IMG/VR virus record: IMGVR_UViG_2740892269_000010 | Length of the DNA stretch: 17,104 nt | Strand: one strand, 5' to 3' | From: a virus | Taxonomy: Duplodnaviria; Heunggongvirae; Uroviricota; Caudoviricetes | Part shown: one piece after another, positions 6,837 through 17,104 of the stretch | Numbering within the stretch: position 1 is the stretch's first letter | How the letters are laid out: each line of letters starts with the position of its first letter | Notes under the pieces: generated by a model | What the model saw: the letters and a program-made list of their open reading frames with translations, nothing else | Told to the model about the DNA's origin: nothing | The model's database searches: none | Position numbers and translations under genes: made by a program

Positions 6837-7751
6837 ATGGGTAAAACAATCAGTATAAAGGTCCTGTTCGGTATTTATCTTCTATTAATGGCAGGCAAAG
6901 TTTTTGCCTTCAGTTGTAATGTCGATGGCGGGTCAAGTATTGGAGCAGGTACAACCTCTGTTTATGTTAATCTCGACCCTGTAATACAGCCGGGCCAGAA
7001 TCTGGTTGTAGACTTGTCTCAGCATATAAGTTGCTGGAATGATTACGGCGGCTGGTACGACACTGATCATATAAACCTGGTACAAGGCTCAGCTTTCGCA
7101 GGCTCCCTACAGTCATATAAAGGATCGCTGTACTGGAATAATGTGACCTACCCCTTCCCGTTGACGACAAATACCAACGTATTGGATATTGGTGATAAGA
7201 CACCGATGCCATTACCGTTAAAACTCTATATTACCCCAGTTGGGGCGGCCGGTGGAGTTGTCATAAAAGCGGGGGAAGTCATTGCCCGTATTCATATGTA
7301 TAAAATTGCAACATTAGGAAGCGGAAATCCGCGTAATTTTACGTGGAATATTATTTCAAATAACAGTGTTGTTATGCCAACAGGCGGCTGCACCGTTGAT
7401 AGTCGTAATGTCACTGTGGATCTCCCGGACTTTCCTGGAAGCGCAGAAATACCCCTTGGCGTATATTGCTCAAGCGAACAAAAGCTCTCATTTTATCTTT
7501 CGGGTGCCACCACTGACAGTAGCCGACAAGTGTTTGCTAACACAGCACCTGATGCAACAAAAGCATCGGGAGTGGGTGTCACTCTAATGCGTAATGGAAA
7601 AATACTGGCTACGGGAGAAAATGTCTCCCTGGGGACAGTAAATAAAAGCAAAGTACCTCTGGGTTTAAGCGCAACCTATGGACAAACAGGAAACAAGGTT
7701 TCAGCCGGAACCGTCCAGTCAGTCATTGGTGTCACTTTTATCTATGAATAA
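6837..7751 (+). CDS. ydeQ: FimH-family fimbrial tip adhesin homologue, 304 aa
   Basis: Signal-peptide-like N-terminus. Strong collinear similarity to FimH ([51 protein letters not shown]). RBS agga at 6827-6830. Confidence 0.85.
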   Translation: MGKTISIKVLFGIYLLLMAGKVFAFSCNVDGGSSIGAGTTSVYVNLDPVIQPGQNLVVDLSQHISCWNDYGGWYDTDHINLVQGSAFAGSLQSYKGSLYWNNVTYPFPLTTNTNVLDIGDKTPMPLPLKLYITPVGAAGGVVIKAGEVIARIHMYKIATLGSGNPRNFTWNIISNNSVVMPTGGCTVDSRNVTVDLPDFPGSAEIPLGVYCSSEQKLSFYLSGATTDSSRQVFANTAPDATKASGVGVTLMRNGKILATGENVSLGTVNKSKVPLGLSATYGQTGNKVSAGTVQSVIGVTFIYE

Positions 7752-7823
7752 TTGTGATTTTGACCTTAGTCTATGCGCTCCATTCACGAAAATTGCGCAG
7801 ATAATTATTTTGTGAAGGCTATT

Positions 7824-7841
7824 ATCCTACACCTGTAAGAA
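7824..7841 (+). promoter_or_regulatory. Candidate EvgA-box inverted repeat upstream of ydeP
   Basis: ATCCTACA-CC-TGTAAGAA: two half-sites in inverted orientation with a 2-bp spacer, and a near-identical copy upstream of safA (10567-10584). ydeP and safA-ydeO are established EvgA targets. Confidence 0.5.
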
Positions 7842-8084
7842 AATCCGCGCACAATTGAAGCCAGAGTCTTATTTTTTATATTGAAAAATATGTTAATTTA
7901 AACACTATGAGAGATGATGCTTAACTTATCGTATTTAATCTATTGTTTAACGATAATAGATTAAAAATAGAAAGAGAGTAGTCCCCTACTCTTATATATC
8001 CATGTTGGCGATAATCCCTTTGTATGTACTGTGCATCATCGCTATTACAAATCCTAATAATTCATTTCCACACAGGATAAGTAG

Positions 8085-10448
8085 ATGAAGAAAAAAATTG
8101 AATCCTACCAGGGTGCTGCAGGTGGTTGGGGTGCTGTTAAATCCGTAGCGAATGCAGTACGTAAGCAGATGGATATACGCCATGATGTTATTGCCATGTT
8201 TGACATGAATAAGCCAGAGGGCTTTGACTGTCCGGGTTGTGCATGGCCAGATCCTAAGCACAGTGCGTCATTCGACATTTGTGAAAACGGCGCAAAAGCA
8301 ATCGCCTGGGAAGTCACGGATAAGCAGGTAAATGCCTCTTTCTTTGCTGAGAATACGGTTCAATCATTACTTACCTGGGGAGATCACGAGCTTGAGGCTG
8401 CGGGGCGTCTCACTCAGCCTTTGAAATATGATGCCGTCAGCGACTGTTACAAGCCATTAAGCTGGCAACAAGCTTTCGACGAAATTGGCGCACGCCTTCA
8501 AAGCTATAGTGATCCCAATCAGGTTGAATTCTATACTTCGGGCCGCACTTCCAATGAAGCTGCCTTTCTTTATCAGCTTTTTGCCCGTGAATACGGGAGC
8601 AATAACTTTCCCGACTGCTCCAACATGTGCCATGAACCGACAAGCGTGGGTTTGGCAGCGAGTATCGGTGTAGGTAAAGGGACCGTGTTGCTGGAAGACT
8701 TTGAGAAGTGCGATTTAGTCATTTGCATTGGGCATAACCCTGGTACAAACCACCCTCGCATGCTGACTTCGTTGCGCGCTTTAGTGAAACGGGGAGCGAA
8801 AATGATCGCCATCAATCCTCTACAGGAACGTGGCCTGGAGCGATTTACCGCACCGCAAAACCCGTTTGAAATGCTGACGAACTCTGAGACTCAGTTGGCC
8901 AGTGCCTACTACAACGTGCGCATTGGTGGCGATATGGCGTTGCTCAAGGGGATGATGCGCCTGTTAATTGAGCGCGATGATGCTGCAAGTGCCGCAGGTC
9001 GGCCCTCATTGCTTGATGACGAATTTATTCAAACGCATACCGTCGGCTTTGACGAGCTACGCCGTGACGTTCTCAATTCCGAGTGGAAAGATATCGAACG
9101 TATTTCTGGACTAAGTCAGACACAAATCGCCGAACTGGCTGACGCATATGCCGCTGCCGATCGCACCATTATCTGTTACGGAATGGGGATCACTCAGCAC
9201 GAACATGGTACCCAGAATGTACAGCAACTGGTCAATCTGCTGTTGATGAAAGGTAACATTGGCAAGCCTGGTGCGGGTATCTGCCCACTACGAGGTCACT
9301 CTAATGTACAGGGCGACCGAACCGTCGGTATCACCGAGAAACCGTCTGCAGAGTTTCTGGCTCGCCTGGGTGAGCGCTATGGCTTCACCCCACCTCATGC
9401 ACCTGGACATGCTGCAATTGCCAGCATGCAAGCAATATGCACGGGGCAGGCTCGAGCATTGATCTGCATGGGGGGCAACTTTGCACTGGCAATGCCAGAT
9501 CGGGAAGCGAGCGCTGTACCGTTAACGCAATTAGATTTGGCGGTACACGTAGCCACTAAGCTTAACCGCTCTCATCTGCTGACCGCACGGCATAGCTATA
9601 TTCTGCCGGTTCTGGGGCGTAGCGAGATTGACATGCAAAAAAGCGGTGCGCAGGCGGTAACCGTTGAGGATTCAATGTNNNNNNNNNNNNNNNNNNNNNN
9701 NNNNNNNNNNNNNNNNNNNNNNNNNNNNNNNNNNNNNNNNNNNNNNNNNNNNNNNNNNNNNNNNNNNNNNNNNNNNNNNNNNNNNNNNNNNNNNNNNNNN
9801 NNNNNNNNNNNNNNNNNNNNNNNNNNNNNNNNNNNNNNNNNNNNNNNNNNNNNNNNNNNNNNNNNNNNNNNNNNNNNNNNNNNNNNNNNNNNNNNNNNNN
9901 NNNNNNNNNNNNNNNNNNNNNNNNNNNNGTTACCAGAGTTCGCCGACTATAACCAGCGCATCCGACATCCTGGAGGTTTTCACCTGATAAATGCAGCTGC
10001 TGAAAGGCGCTGGATGACGCCGTCAGGTAAGGCTAATTTCATTACCAGCAAAGGGCTGTTAGAAGATCCCTCTTCAGCGTTTAACAGTAAGCTGGTCATG
10101 GCGACAGTACGTAGCCACGATCAGTACAACACGACGATTTATGGTATGGATGATCGCTATCGAGGGGTATTCGGTCAACGAGATGTGGTCTTTATGAGTG
10201 CTAAACAAGCTAAAATTTGCCGTGTAAAAAACGGCGAAAGAGTTAATCTTATTGCGCTTACGCCAGACGGTAAGCGCAGCTCACGCCGCATGGATAGATT
10301 AAAAGTGGTCATTTACCCTATGGCTGACCGCTCACTGGTGACCTATTTTCCAGAATCGAATCACATGCTAACTCTTGATAACCACGATCCATTAAGTGGC
10401 ATTCCTGGTTATAAAAGTATTCCGGTTGAATTAGAACCATCAAATTAA
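8085..10448 (+). CDS. ydeP: YdeP, molybdopterin oxidoreductase family (formate dehydrogenase-like) acid-resistance protein
   Basis: 787-codon ORF; the middle is N-masked (9679-9928) but the frame is preserved. N-terminal Cys cluster CPGCAW...C. AGGA RBS 7 nt before the ATG at 8085; the in-frame ATG at 8169 (MDIRH...) would give the 759-aa form I recall for K-12. Confidence 0.9.
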
Positions 10449-10461
10449 TTCGCCTCCTCAT

Positions 10462-10500
10462 TTCTTCTGCTGTCATCCGCACAGCAGAAGAATTTCTCAT
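10462..10500 (+). terminator. Rho-independent terminator after ydeP
   Basis: Perfect 12-bp stem ttcttctgctgt / acagcagaagaa with loop catccgc, followed by tttctcatt. Confidence 0.6.
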
Positions 10501-10566
10501 TGACTATTATCGCGCAATTTGCTCACATTGATTAAATTAAACCACACACTATAAGATATAAACCTC

Positions 10567-10584
10567 TGCCTACAGCTGTAAGAA
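10567..10584 (+). promoter_or_regulatory. Candidate EvgA-box inverted repeat upstream of safA-ydeO
   Basis: TGCCTACA-GC-TGTAAGAA, 112 nt upstream of the safA ATG. Possible -10 TATATT at 10637-10642. Confidence 0.55.
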
Positions 10585-10695
10585 ACTCCGCTCAGTACTG
10601 AAGTGCCAGTCCTATTTCCTCTTTTCTCCAGCCTGTTATATTAAGCATACTGATTAACGATTTTTAACGTTATCCGCTAAATAAACATATTTGAA

Positions 10696-10893
10696 ATGTA
10701 TGCGACCACAGTGAAAAACAAAATCACGCAAAGAGACAACTATAAAGAAATCATGTCTGTAATTGTGGTTGTCTTATTACTGACCCTTACGTTGATAGCC
10801 ATTTTTTCGGCAATTGATCAGCTGGGTATTTCAGAAATGGGTCGCATTGCAAGAGATCTTACACATTTCATTATCAATAGTTTGCAAGACTGA
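10696..10893 (+). CDS. safA: SafA, small membrane protein linking EvgS/EvgA to PhoQ, 65 aa
   Basis: Translation MYATTVKNKITQRDNYKEIMSVIVVVLLLTLTLIAIFSAIDQLGISEMGRIARDLTHFIINSLQD, with a single central hydrophobic helix. Sits directly upstream of ydeO as in K-12. Confidence 0.85.
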   Translation: MYATTVKNKITQRDNYKEIMSVIVVVLLLTLTLIAIFSAIDQLGISEMGRIARDLTHFIINSLQD

Positions 10894-10967
10894 AAATAAA
10901 CAGCAAATTATAAATATGAAATGTTAAAAAAGTATCGATAAAAACTTTATTGTTTTAAGGAGATAAA

Positions 10968-11735
10968 ATGTCGCTCGTTTGTTCTGTTATATTTATTCAT
11001 CATGCCTTCAACGCTAACATTTTAGATAAAGATTACGCCTTCTCTGACGGCGAGATCCTGATGGTAGATAACGCTGTTCGTACGCATTTTGAACCTTATG
11101 AGCGGCATTTTAAAGAGATCGGATTTACTGAAAATACCATTAAAAAATATCTACAATGCACTAACATNNNNNNNNNNNNNNNNNNNNNNNNNNNNNNNNN
11201 NNNNNNNNNNNNNNNNNNNNNNNNNNNNNNNNNNNNNNNNNNNNNNNNNNNNNNNNNNNNNNNNNNNNNNNNNNNNNNNNNNNNNNNNNNNNNNNNNNNN
11301 NNNNNNNNNNNNNNNNNNNNNNNNNNNNNNNNNNNNNNNNNNNNNNNNNNNNNNNNNNNNNNNNNNNNNNNNNNNNNNNNNNNNNNNNNNNNNNNNNNNN
11401 NNNNNNNNNNNNNNNNNNNNCCATGGAAGCTGAAAGATATTTGTGACTGCCTGTACATCAGTGAAAGCCTGTTGAAGAAAAAACTAAAGCAAGAGCAAAC
11501 GACATTCTCACAGATTCTATTAGATGCCAGAATGCAGCACGCAAAAAATTTGATACGCGTAGAAGGTTCAGTCAATAAAATTGCCGAACAATGTGGTTAT
11601 GCCAGTACATCTTATTTTATTTATGCGTTCCGCAAACATTTCGGCAACAGTCCGAAGAGAGTTTCTAAGGAGTACCGTTGTCAAAGTCACATGGGTATGA
11701 ATACGGGCAACACGATGAGTGCTTTAGCTATTTGA
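10968..11735 (+). CDS. ydeO: YdeO, AraC-family acid-resistance transcriptional activator
   Basis: RBS aaggag at 10957-10962. N-terminus MSLVCSVIFIHHAFNANILDKDYAF and a C-terminal AraC HTH (KIAEQCGYASTSYFIYAFRKHFGNSPKRV). The middle is N-masked (11168-11420). Confidence 0.9.
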   Translation: MSLVCSVIFIHHAFNANILDKDYAFSDGEILMVDNAVRTHFEPYERHFKEIGFTENTIKKYLQCTNXXXXXXXXXXXXXXXXXXXXXXXXXXXXXXXXXXXXXXXXXXXXXXXXXXXXXXXXXXXXXXXXXXXXXXXXXXXXXXXXXXXXXPWKLKDICDCLYISESLLKKKLKQEQTTFSQILLDARMQHAKNLIRVEGSVNKIAEQCGYASTSYFIYAFRKHFGNSPKRVSKEYRCQSHMGMNTGNTMSALAI

Positions 11736-11783
11736 TTATTTGCTAACGAGTAGTCAACCACGCACGCTGCGTAAGAATTAAAT

Positions 11784-11815
11784 GGGGCAGCCATTCCCTG
11801 CCCCGCGTTGTTTTT
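11784..11815 (+). terminator. Rho-independent terminator after ydeO
   Basis: Stem ggggcag / ctgcccc with loop ccattcc, followed by gcgttgttttt. Confidence 0.55.
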
Positions 11816-12135
11816 AGGCGATATATTTATTGAAATAAATAAGTGACATCCATCACATATTTATGCACTTGCATAACCTGTTGCAGATTATTTATGATCT
11901 CAATTCGGCATTTTGTCAGTAAAATGCAATAATTTATTAAATATCAATAAATTAGTTGTTTATCGGCGAGAAATTACTTAATAGAACAGAAAGTAATGTC
12001 AACGCTTTATGGACTGTTATTTCCCTTTTTTTAGCTAAATCTGCTATCTCTTTATGTGACTAACTTCACTTACATCCACTTATTTCTCTTCGTAAAATTA
12101 CTTCGGAATTAAGTACAATAAGAAGAGGAACATTT

Positions 12136-13818
12136 ATGAAGTCTGCATTAAAGAAAAGTGTCGTAAGTACCTCGATATCTTTGATACTGGCATCTGGTAT
12201 GGCTGCATTTGCTGCTCATGCGGCAGATGATGTAAAGCTGAAAGCAACCAAAACAAACGTTGCTTTCTCAGATTTTACGCCGACTGAATACAGTACCAAA
12301 GGAAAGCCAAATATTATCGTACTAACCATGGATGATCTTGGTTATGGACAACTTCCTTTTGATAAGGGATCTTTTGACCCAAAAACAATGGAAAATCGTG
12401 AAGTTGTCGATACCTACAAAATAGGGATAGATAAAGCCATTGAAGCTGCACAAAAATCAACGCCGACGCTCCTTTCATTAATGGATGAAGGCGTACGTTT
12501 TACTAACGGCTATGTGGCACACGGTGTTTCCGGCCCCTCCCGTGCCGCAATAATGACCGGTCGAGCTCCCGCCCGCTTTGGTGTCTATTCCAATACCGAT
12601 GCTCAGGATGGTATTCCGCTAACAGAAACTTTCTTGCCTGAATTATTCCAGAATCATGGTTATTACACTGCAGCAGTAGGTAAATGGCACTTGTCAAAAA
12701 TCAGTAATGTGCCGGTACCGGAAGATAAACAAACGCGTGACTATCATGACAACTTCACCACATTTTCTGCGGAAGAATGGCAACCTCAAAACCGTGGCTT
12801 TGATTACTTTATGGGATTCCACGCTGCAGGAACGGCATATTACAACTCCCCTTCACTGTTCAAAAATCGTGAACGTGTCCCCGCAAAAGGTTATATCAGC
12901 GATCAGTTAACCGATGAGGCAATTGGCGTTGTTGATCGTGCCAAAACACTTGACCAGCCTTTTATGCTTTACCTGGCTTATAATGCTCCGCACCTACCAA
13001 ATGATAATCCTGCACCGGATCAATATCAGAAGCAATTTAATACCGGTAGTCAAACAGCAGATAACTACTACGCTTCCGTTTATTCTGTTGATCAGGGTGT
13101 AAAACGCATTCTCGAACAACTGAAGAAAAACGGACAGTATGACAATACAATTATTCTCTTTACCTCCGATAATGGTGCGGTTATCGATGGTCCTCTGCCG
13201 CTGAACGGGGCGCAAAAAGGCTATAAGAGTCAGACCTATCCTGGCGGTACTCACACCCCAATGTTTATGTGGTGGAAAGGAAAACTTCAACCCGGTAATT
13301 ATGACAAGCTGATTTCCGCAATGGATTTCTACCCAACAGCTCTTGATGCAGCCGATATCAGCATTCCAAAAGACCTTAAGCTGGATGGTGTTTCCTTGCT
13401 GCCCTGGTTGCAAGATAAGAAACAAGGCGCGCCACATAAAAATCTGACCTGGATAACCTCTTATTCTCACTGGTTTGATGAGGAAAATATTCCATTCTGG
13501 GATAATTACCACAAATTTGTTCGCCATCAGTCAGACGATTACCCGCATAACCCCAACACTGAGGACTTAAGCCAATTCTCTTATACGGTGAGAAATAACG
13601 ATTATTCGCTTGTCTATACAGTAGAAAACAATCAGTTAGGTCTCTACAAACTGACGGATCTACAGCAAAAAGATAACCTTGCCGCCGCCAATCCGCAGGT
13701 CGTTAAAGAGATGCAAGGCGTGGTAAGAGAGTTTATCGACAGCAGCCAGCCACCGCTTAGCGAGGTAAATCAGGAGAAGTTTAACAATATCAAGAAAGCA
13801 CTAAGCGAAGCGAAATAA
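12136..13818 (+). CDS. ydeN: YdeN, predicted periplasmic Ser-type sulfatase, 560 aa
   Basis: RBS aggaa. Sec-type signal peptide ending AHAADD. Sulfatase signature S-G-P-S-R at 12529-12543 with Ser at the formylglycine position. Confidence 0.85.
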   Translation: MKSALKKSVVSTSISLILASGMAAFAAHAADDVKLKATKTNVAFSDFTPTEYSTKGKPNIIVLTMDDLGYGQLPFDKGSFDPKTMENREVVDTYKIGIDKAIEAAQKSTPTLLSLMDEGVRFTNGYVAHGVSGPSRAAIMTGRAPARFGVYSNTDAQDGIPLTETFLPELFQNHGYYTAAVGKWHLSKISNVPVPEDKQTRDYHDNFTTFSAEEWQPQNRGFDYFMGFHAAGTAYYNSPSLFKNRERVPAKGYISDQLTDEAIGVVDRAKTLDQPFMLYLAYNAPHLPNDNPAPDQYQKQFNTGSQTADNYYASVYSVDQGVKRILEQLKKNGQYDNTIILFTSDNGAVIDGPLPLNGAQKGYKSQTYPGGTHTPMFMWWKGKLQPGNYDKLISAMDFYPTALDAADISIPKDLKLDGVSLLPWLQDKKQGAPHKNLTWITSYSHWFDEENIPFWDNYHKFVRHQSDDYPHNPNTEDLSQFSYTVRNNDYSLVYTVENNQLGLYKLTDLQQKDNLAAANPQVVKEMQGVVREFIDSSQPPLSEVNQEKFNNIKKALSEAK

Positions 13819-13830
13819 CTAAACCTTCAT

Positions 13831-13850
13831 GCGGCGGATTTTTCCGCCGC
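13831..13850 (+). other. Intercistronic hairpin between ydeN and ydeM (possible weak terminator or attenuator)
   Basis: Perfect 7-bp stem gcggcgg / ccgccgc with loop attttt, followed by a poor T-tract (cttattg). Confidence 0.35.
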
Positions 13851-13869
13851 CTTATTGAGCGAGATAGCG

Positions 13870-15027
13870 ATGCACGTTACAGCCAAGCCCTCCAGTTTTC
13901 AATGTAATCTCAAATGTGATTACTGTTTTTACCTTGAAAAAGAGTCGCAGTTTACTCATGAAAAATGGATGGATGACAGCACTCTGAAAGAGTTCATCAA
14001 ACAATATATCGAAGCGTCTGGCAATCAGGTCTATTTTACCTGGCAAGGCGGTGAACCCACTCTGGCTGGCCTGGATTTTTTCCGTAAAGTTATTCACTAT
14101 CAACAACGCTATGCAGGCCAAAAACGTATTTTTAATGCATTACAAACGAATGGCATTTTATTGAATAATGAATGGTGTGCCTTTCTCAAAGAACATGAAT
14201 TTCTGGTTGGTATCTCGATCGATGGCCCCCTGGAGTTACATGACCGTTACAGACGCAGTAATTCAGGTAACGGTACTTTTGCAAAAGTGATAGCAGCCAT
14301 CGAGCGTCTGAAATCATATCAAGTAGAGTTTAATACGTTAACCGTCATTAATAACGTTAATGTCCATTACCCTCTTGAGGTTTATCATTTTTTAAAATCT
14401 ATCGGCAGTAAACATATGCAATTTATCGAATTGCTAGAAACCGGGACGCCGAATATTGATTTCAGTGGTCATAGTGAGAACACATTCCGTATCATTGATT
14501 TTTCTGTGCCTCCCACGGCTTATGGCAAGTTTATGTCAACCATTTTTATGCAATGGGTTAAAAACGATGTGGGTGAAATTTTCATTCGTCAGTTTGAAAG
14601 CTTTGTCAGCCGTTTTTTGGGGAATGGGCATACAAGTTGTATTTTCCAGGAGTCCTGCAAGGATAATCTGGTTGTTGAAAGTAATGGAGACATTTACGAA
14701 TGCGACCATTTTGTCTATCCACAGTACAAAATTGGAAACATTAATAAATCTGAACTCAAAACGATGAACAGTGTACAACTGACAGCGCAAAAAAAACGGA
14801 TTTCAGCGAAATGTCAGCAATGTGCATATAAACCTATCTGCAATGGCGGTTGTCCTAAGCATCGTATTACTAAAGTAAACAATGAGACTGTTTCTTATTT
14901 TTGCGAAGGTTATAAAATCCTTTTTTCAACCATGGTACCTTATATGAACGCCATGGTTGAGTTAGCTAAGAACAGAGTACCGCTTTACCACATTATGGAT
15001 GTTGCAAAACAAATGGAGAATAATTAA
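13870..15027 (+). CDS. ydeM: YdeM, radical-SAM anaerobic sulfatase-maturating enzyme homologue, 385 aa from the ATG at 13870
   Basis: CxxxCxxC radical-SAM motif CNLKCDYC (13903-13926) and C-terminal Cys clusters (CDHF..., [17 protein letters not shown]). The ORF track extends to a TTG at 13855 inside the hairpin; the ATG at 13870 is preferred. Confidence 0.85.
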   Translation: MHVTAKPSSFQCNLKCDYCFYLEKESQFTHEKWMDDSTLKEFIKQYIEASGNQVYFTWQGGEPTLAGLDFFRKVIHYQQRYAGQKRIFNALQTNGILLNNEWCAFLKEHEFLVGISIDGPLELHDRYRRSNSGNGTFAKVIAAIERLKSYQVEFNTLTVINNVNVHYPLEVYHFLKSIGSKHMQFIELLETGTPNIDFSGHSENTFRIIDFSVPPTAYGKFMSTIFMQWVKNDVGEIFIRQFESFVSRFLGNGHTSCIFQESCKDNLVVESNGDIYECDHFVYPQYKIGNINKSELKTMNSVQLTAQKKRISAKCQQCAYKPICNGGCPKHRITKVNNETVSYFCEGYKILFSTMVPYMNAMVELAKNRVPLYHIMDVAKQMENN

Positions 15028-15080
15028 TAACGCTCTCTTTTAACTCCATTCTTAGCCTCCTTCTTATGACCTTAACAAGG

Positions 15081-15110
15081 CACCCGACATAAATTCCTGT
15101 CGGGTGTTTC
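15081..15110 (+). terminator. Candidate terminator after ydeM
   Basis: 9-bp stem cacccgaca / tgtcgggtg with loop taaattcc, followed by only a short T run (tttc). Confidence 0.4.
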
Positions 15111-15323
15111 GTCATCATCATCTTCCCTTGCGAAAATCCTGGCTTACGTGGTATGCGTCAGGGCATTAGCAATACCCTTGATTATCAATAGCATAACCAT
15201 AACCATAACCACTGAAAATTAAAAATTTCTATATATTTCATATTGTTAAATGATACTTAAATAAATTTCATCAGTAAATCATTGCCATAGATAATCATTG
15301 GATGGCACAATCAATTTTCGCTA

Positions 15324-17009
15324 ATGATAACCATTCCCATTACGTTTTATATGTTGATAGCAAAGTATCTCTGTCTGCTGAAGCCCTTTTGGCTGCGTAA
15401 GAATAATAAAACTTCAGTGTTGTTAATCATTATTATCCTCGCAATGATCCTTGGCGTGGTTAAAATTCAGGTCTGGTTAAACGACTGGAATAATGATTTT
15501 TTCAATGCGCTAAGCCAGAAAGAAACCGATAAGCTTTGGCAGCTTGTTCTTTGGTTCCCTGCCCTGCTGGGGATCTTTGTATTAATATCCGTAAACAAAA
15601 CATGGTTAATTAAACTACTGACTATTCGCTGGCGCGAATGGTTAACAGATTACTACCTTAATCGCTGGTTTGCAGATAAAAACTACTACTTCACGCAGAT
15701 CTACGGCGAGCATAAAAATACAGATAACCCTGACCAACGTATCGCTGAAGACATTCTCTTACTGATCAGCAAAACGCTCAGTCTTTCATTTGGCTTCATC
15801 CAGTCACTTAGCATGCTGATCACCTTTACCGTTATTCTTTGGCAAAGCGCGGGTACGCTCTCATTCACTGTTGGTGGAACAGAATGGAATATCCAGGGGT
15901 ATATGGTCTATACCGTCGTGCTCATTGTGATCGGTGGAACTTTATTTACCCATAAGGTGGGTAAACGTATTCGTCCGCTTAATGTGGAAAAACAACGTAG
16001 CGAAGCGACATTTCGAACTAATCTTGTGCAGCATAATAAGCAGACAGAACTGATTGCGCTAAGCAATGCTGAGTCTCTACAACGCCAGGAGTTGCGCGAC
16101 AATTTTCATACCATTAAAGAGAACTGGCATCGTTTAATGAATCGTCAGCGGTGGCTTGATTACTGGCAAAATATTTATTCGCGCTCGCTTAGCGTTCTTC
16201 CCTACTTTCTGTTATTGCCGCAGTTTATTAGCGGGCAGATCAATCTGGGCGGACTGATGAAATCGCGCCAGGCATTTATGCTAGTATCGAACAATTTAAG
16301 CTGGTTTATTTATAAATATGACGAACTTGCTGAACTGGCTGCGGTTATCGATCGCTTGTATGAGTTCCATCAACTCACTGAACAGCGCCCTACGAATAAG
16401 CCTAAAAATTGCCAACATGCGGTACAAGTGGCTAATGCGAGTATTCGTACGCCTGATAATAAGATCATATTAGAGAACTTGAACTTTCATGTTTCGCCAG
16501 GCAAATGGCTATTACTGAAAGGCTACTCTGGTGCGGGAAAAACCACACTGCTTAAAACATTATCCCACTGCTGGCCGTGGTTTAAAGGTGATATTTCTTC
16601 TCCTGCTGACAGTTGGTATGTGTCACAAACACCGTTAATCAAAAGCGGCTTACTGAAAGAGATTATTTGTAAAGCACTTCCCCTGCCCGTAGACGATAAA
16701 TCGTTGAGCGAAGTACTGCATCAGGTTGGTCTGGGGAAATTGGCTGCGCGTATTCATGACCACGATCGCTGGGGAGATATTCTTTCCAGCGGCGAAAAAC
16801 AACGTATCGCCCTGGCACGATTAATTTTACGACGTCCGAAATGGATATTTCTTGACGAAACTACCTCTCATCTTGAGGAACAAGAGGCTATACGCTTACT
16901 GCGTTTAGTGCGTGAAAAACTACCCACAAGCGGCGTCATTATGGTTACACATCAACCCGGTGTCTGGAACCTGGCTGATGATATTTGTGACATTAGCACG
17001 GTTTTATAA
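15324..17009 (+). CDS. yddA: YddA, fused permease/ATPase ABC transporter, 561 aa
   Basis: N-terminal hydrophobic segments. Walker A GYSGAGKTTLLK, ABC signature LSSGEKQRIALARL and Walker B WIFLDETTSHL. Length and position match K-12 yddA. Confidence 0.85.
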   Translation: MITIPITFYMLIAKYLCLLKPFWLRKNNKTSVLLIIIILAMILGVVKIQVWLNDWNNDFFNALSQKETDKLWQLVLWFPALLGIFVLISVNKTWLIKLLTIRWREWLTDYYLNRWFADKNYYFTQIYGEHKNTDNPDQRIAEDILLLISKTLSLSFGFIQSLSMLITFTVILWQSAGTLSFTVGGTEWNIQGYMVYTVVLIVIGGTLFTHKVGKRIRPLNVEKQRSEATFRTNLVQHNKQTELIALSNAESLQRQELRDNFHTIKENWHRLMNRQRWLDYWQNIYSRSLSVLPYFLLLPQFISGQINLGGLMKSRQAFMLVSNNLSWFIYKYDELAELAAVIDRLYEFHQLTEQRPTNKPKNCQHAVQVANASIRTPDNKIILENLNFHVSPGKWLLLKGYSGAGKTTLLKTLSHCWPWFKGDISSPADSWYVSQTPLIKSGLLKEIICKALPLPVDDKSLSEVLHQVGLGKLAARIHDHDRWGDILSSGEKQRIALARLILRRPKWIFLDETTSHLEEQEAIRLLRLVREKLPTSGVIMVTHQPGVWNLADDICDISTVL

Positions 17010-17040
17010 CAACAATAAAAGCCCTGCTGTACGGAGTAAT

Positions 17041-17074
17041 GCCAGTCAGTTAAGCAACTGACTGGCTCTTTTTC
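17041..17074 (+). terminator. Rho-independent terminator after yddA
   Basis: Stem gccagtcag / ctgactggc with loop ttaagcaa, followed by tctttttc. Confidence 0.7.
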
Positions 17075-17104
17075 GGGGCTGTGGGGTATTTCCAGGGCCT
17101 CTCC

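Noticed and set aside
12994-13527. 177-aa minus-strand ORF inside ydeN, and similar internal or antisense ORFs in ydeQ, ydeP, ydeM and yddA (for example 6967-7212, 8437-8815, 14536-14790, 15908-16102)
   Set aside because: They are fully nested in well-supported plus-strand genes with recognisable motifs.
15193-15210. Triple tandem ataacc repeat upstream of yddA
   Set aside because: Too short and simple to call a functional repeat.
1-17104. CRISPR array or cas genes
   Set aside because: No regularly spaced direct repeats were seen. The only long repeats are the two IS2 copies.

Overview
This looks like an Escherichia coli chromosomal window made of three blocks. No database search was possible, so gene names rest on recalled protein sequences, motifs read in the sequence, and gene order. 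(1) 1-3680: the late-regulatory end of a lambdoid prophage on the minus strand, with a nin-region protein, a RusA resolvase, a Q-like antiterminator, a tRNA-Arg(UCU) running into an N block, and an AT-rich cargo region with few convincing ORFs. (2) 3681-6577: two direct IS2 copies separated by a 236-nt N block. Copy 1 has a disrupted insC; copy 2 has a right-end-type sequence at its left terminus. (3) 6578-17104: chromosomal genes in the K-12 order, all on the plus strand: a 3' remnant of a fimbrial subunit (ydeR-like), ydeQ, ydeP, safA, ydeO, ydeN, ydeM and yddA. Four N blocks (1787-2037, 5012-5247, 9679-9928, 11168-11420) hide sequence; the ones in ydeP and ydeO preserve reading frame, so they are probably true-length masks. 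I found no CRISPR array, no rRNA, and no clearly novel multi-gene system. The most unusual material is the IS2 array, the Q-like protein with DnaJ-type zinc-finger repeats, and the AT-rich prophage cargo region.
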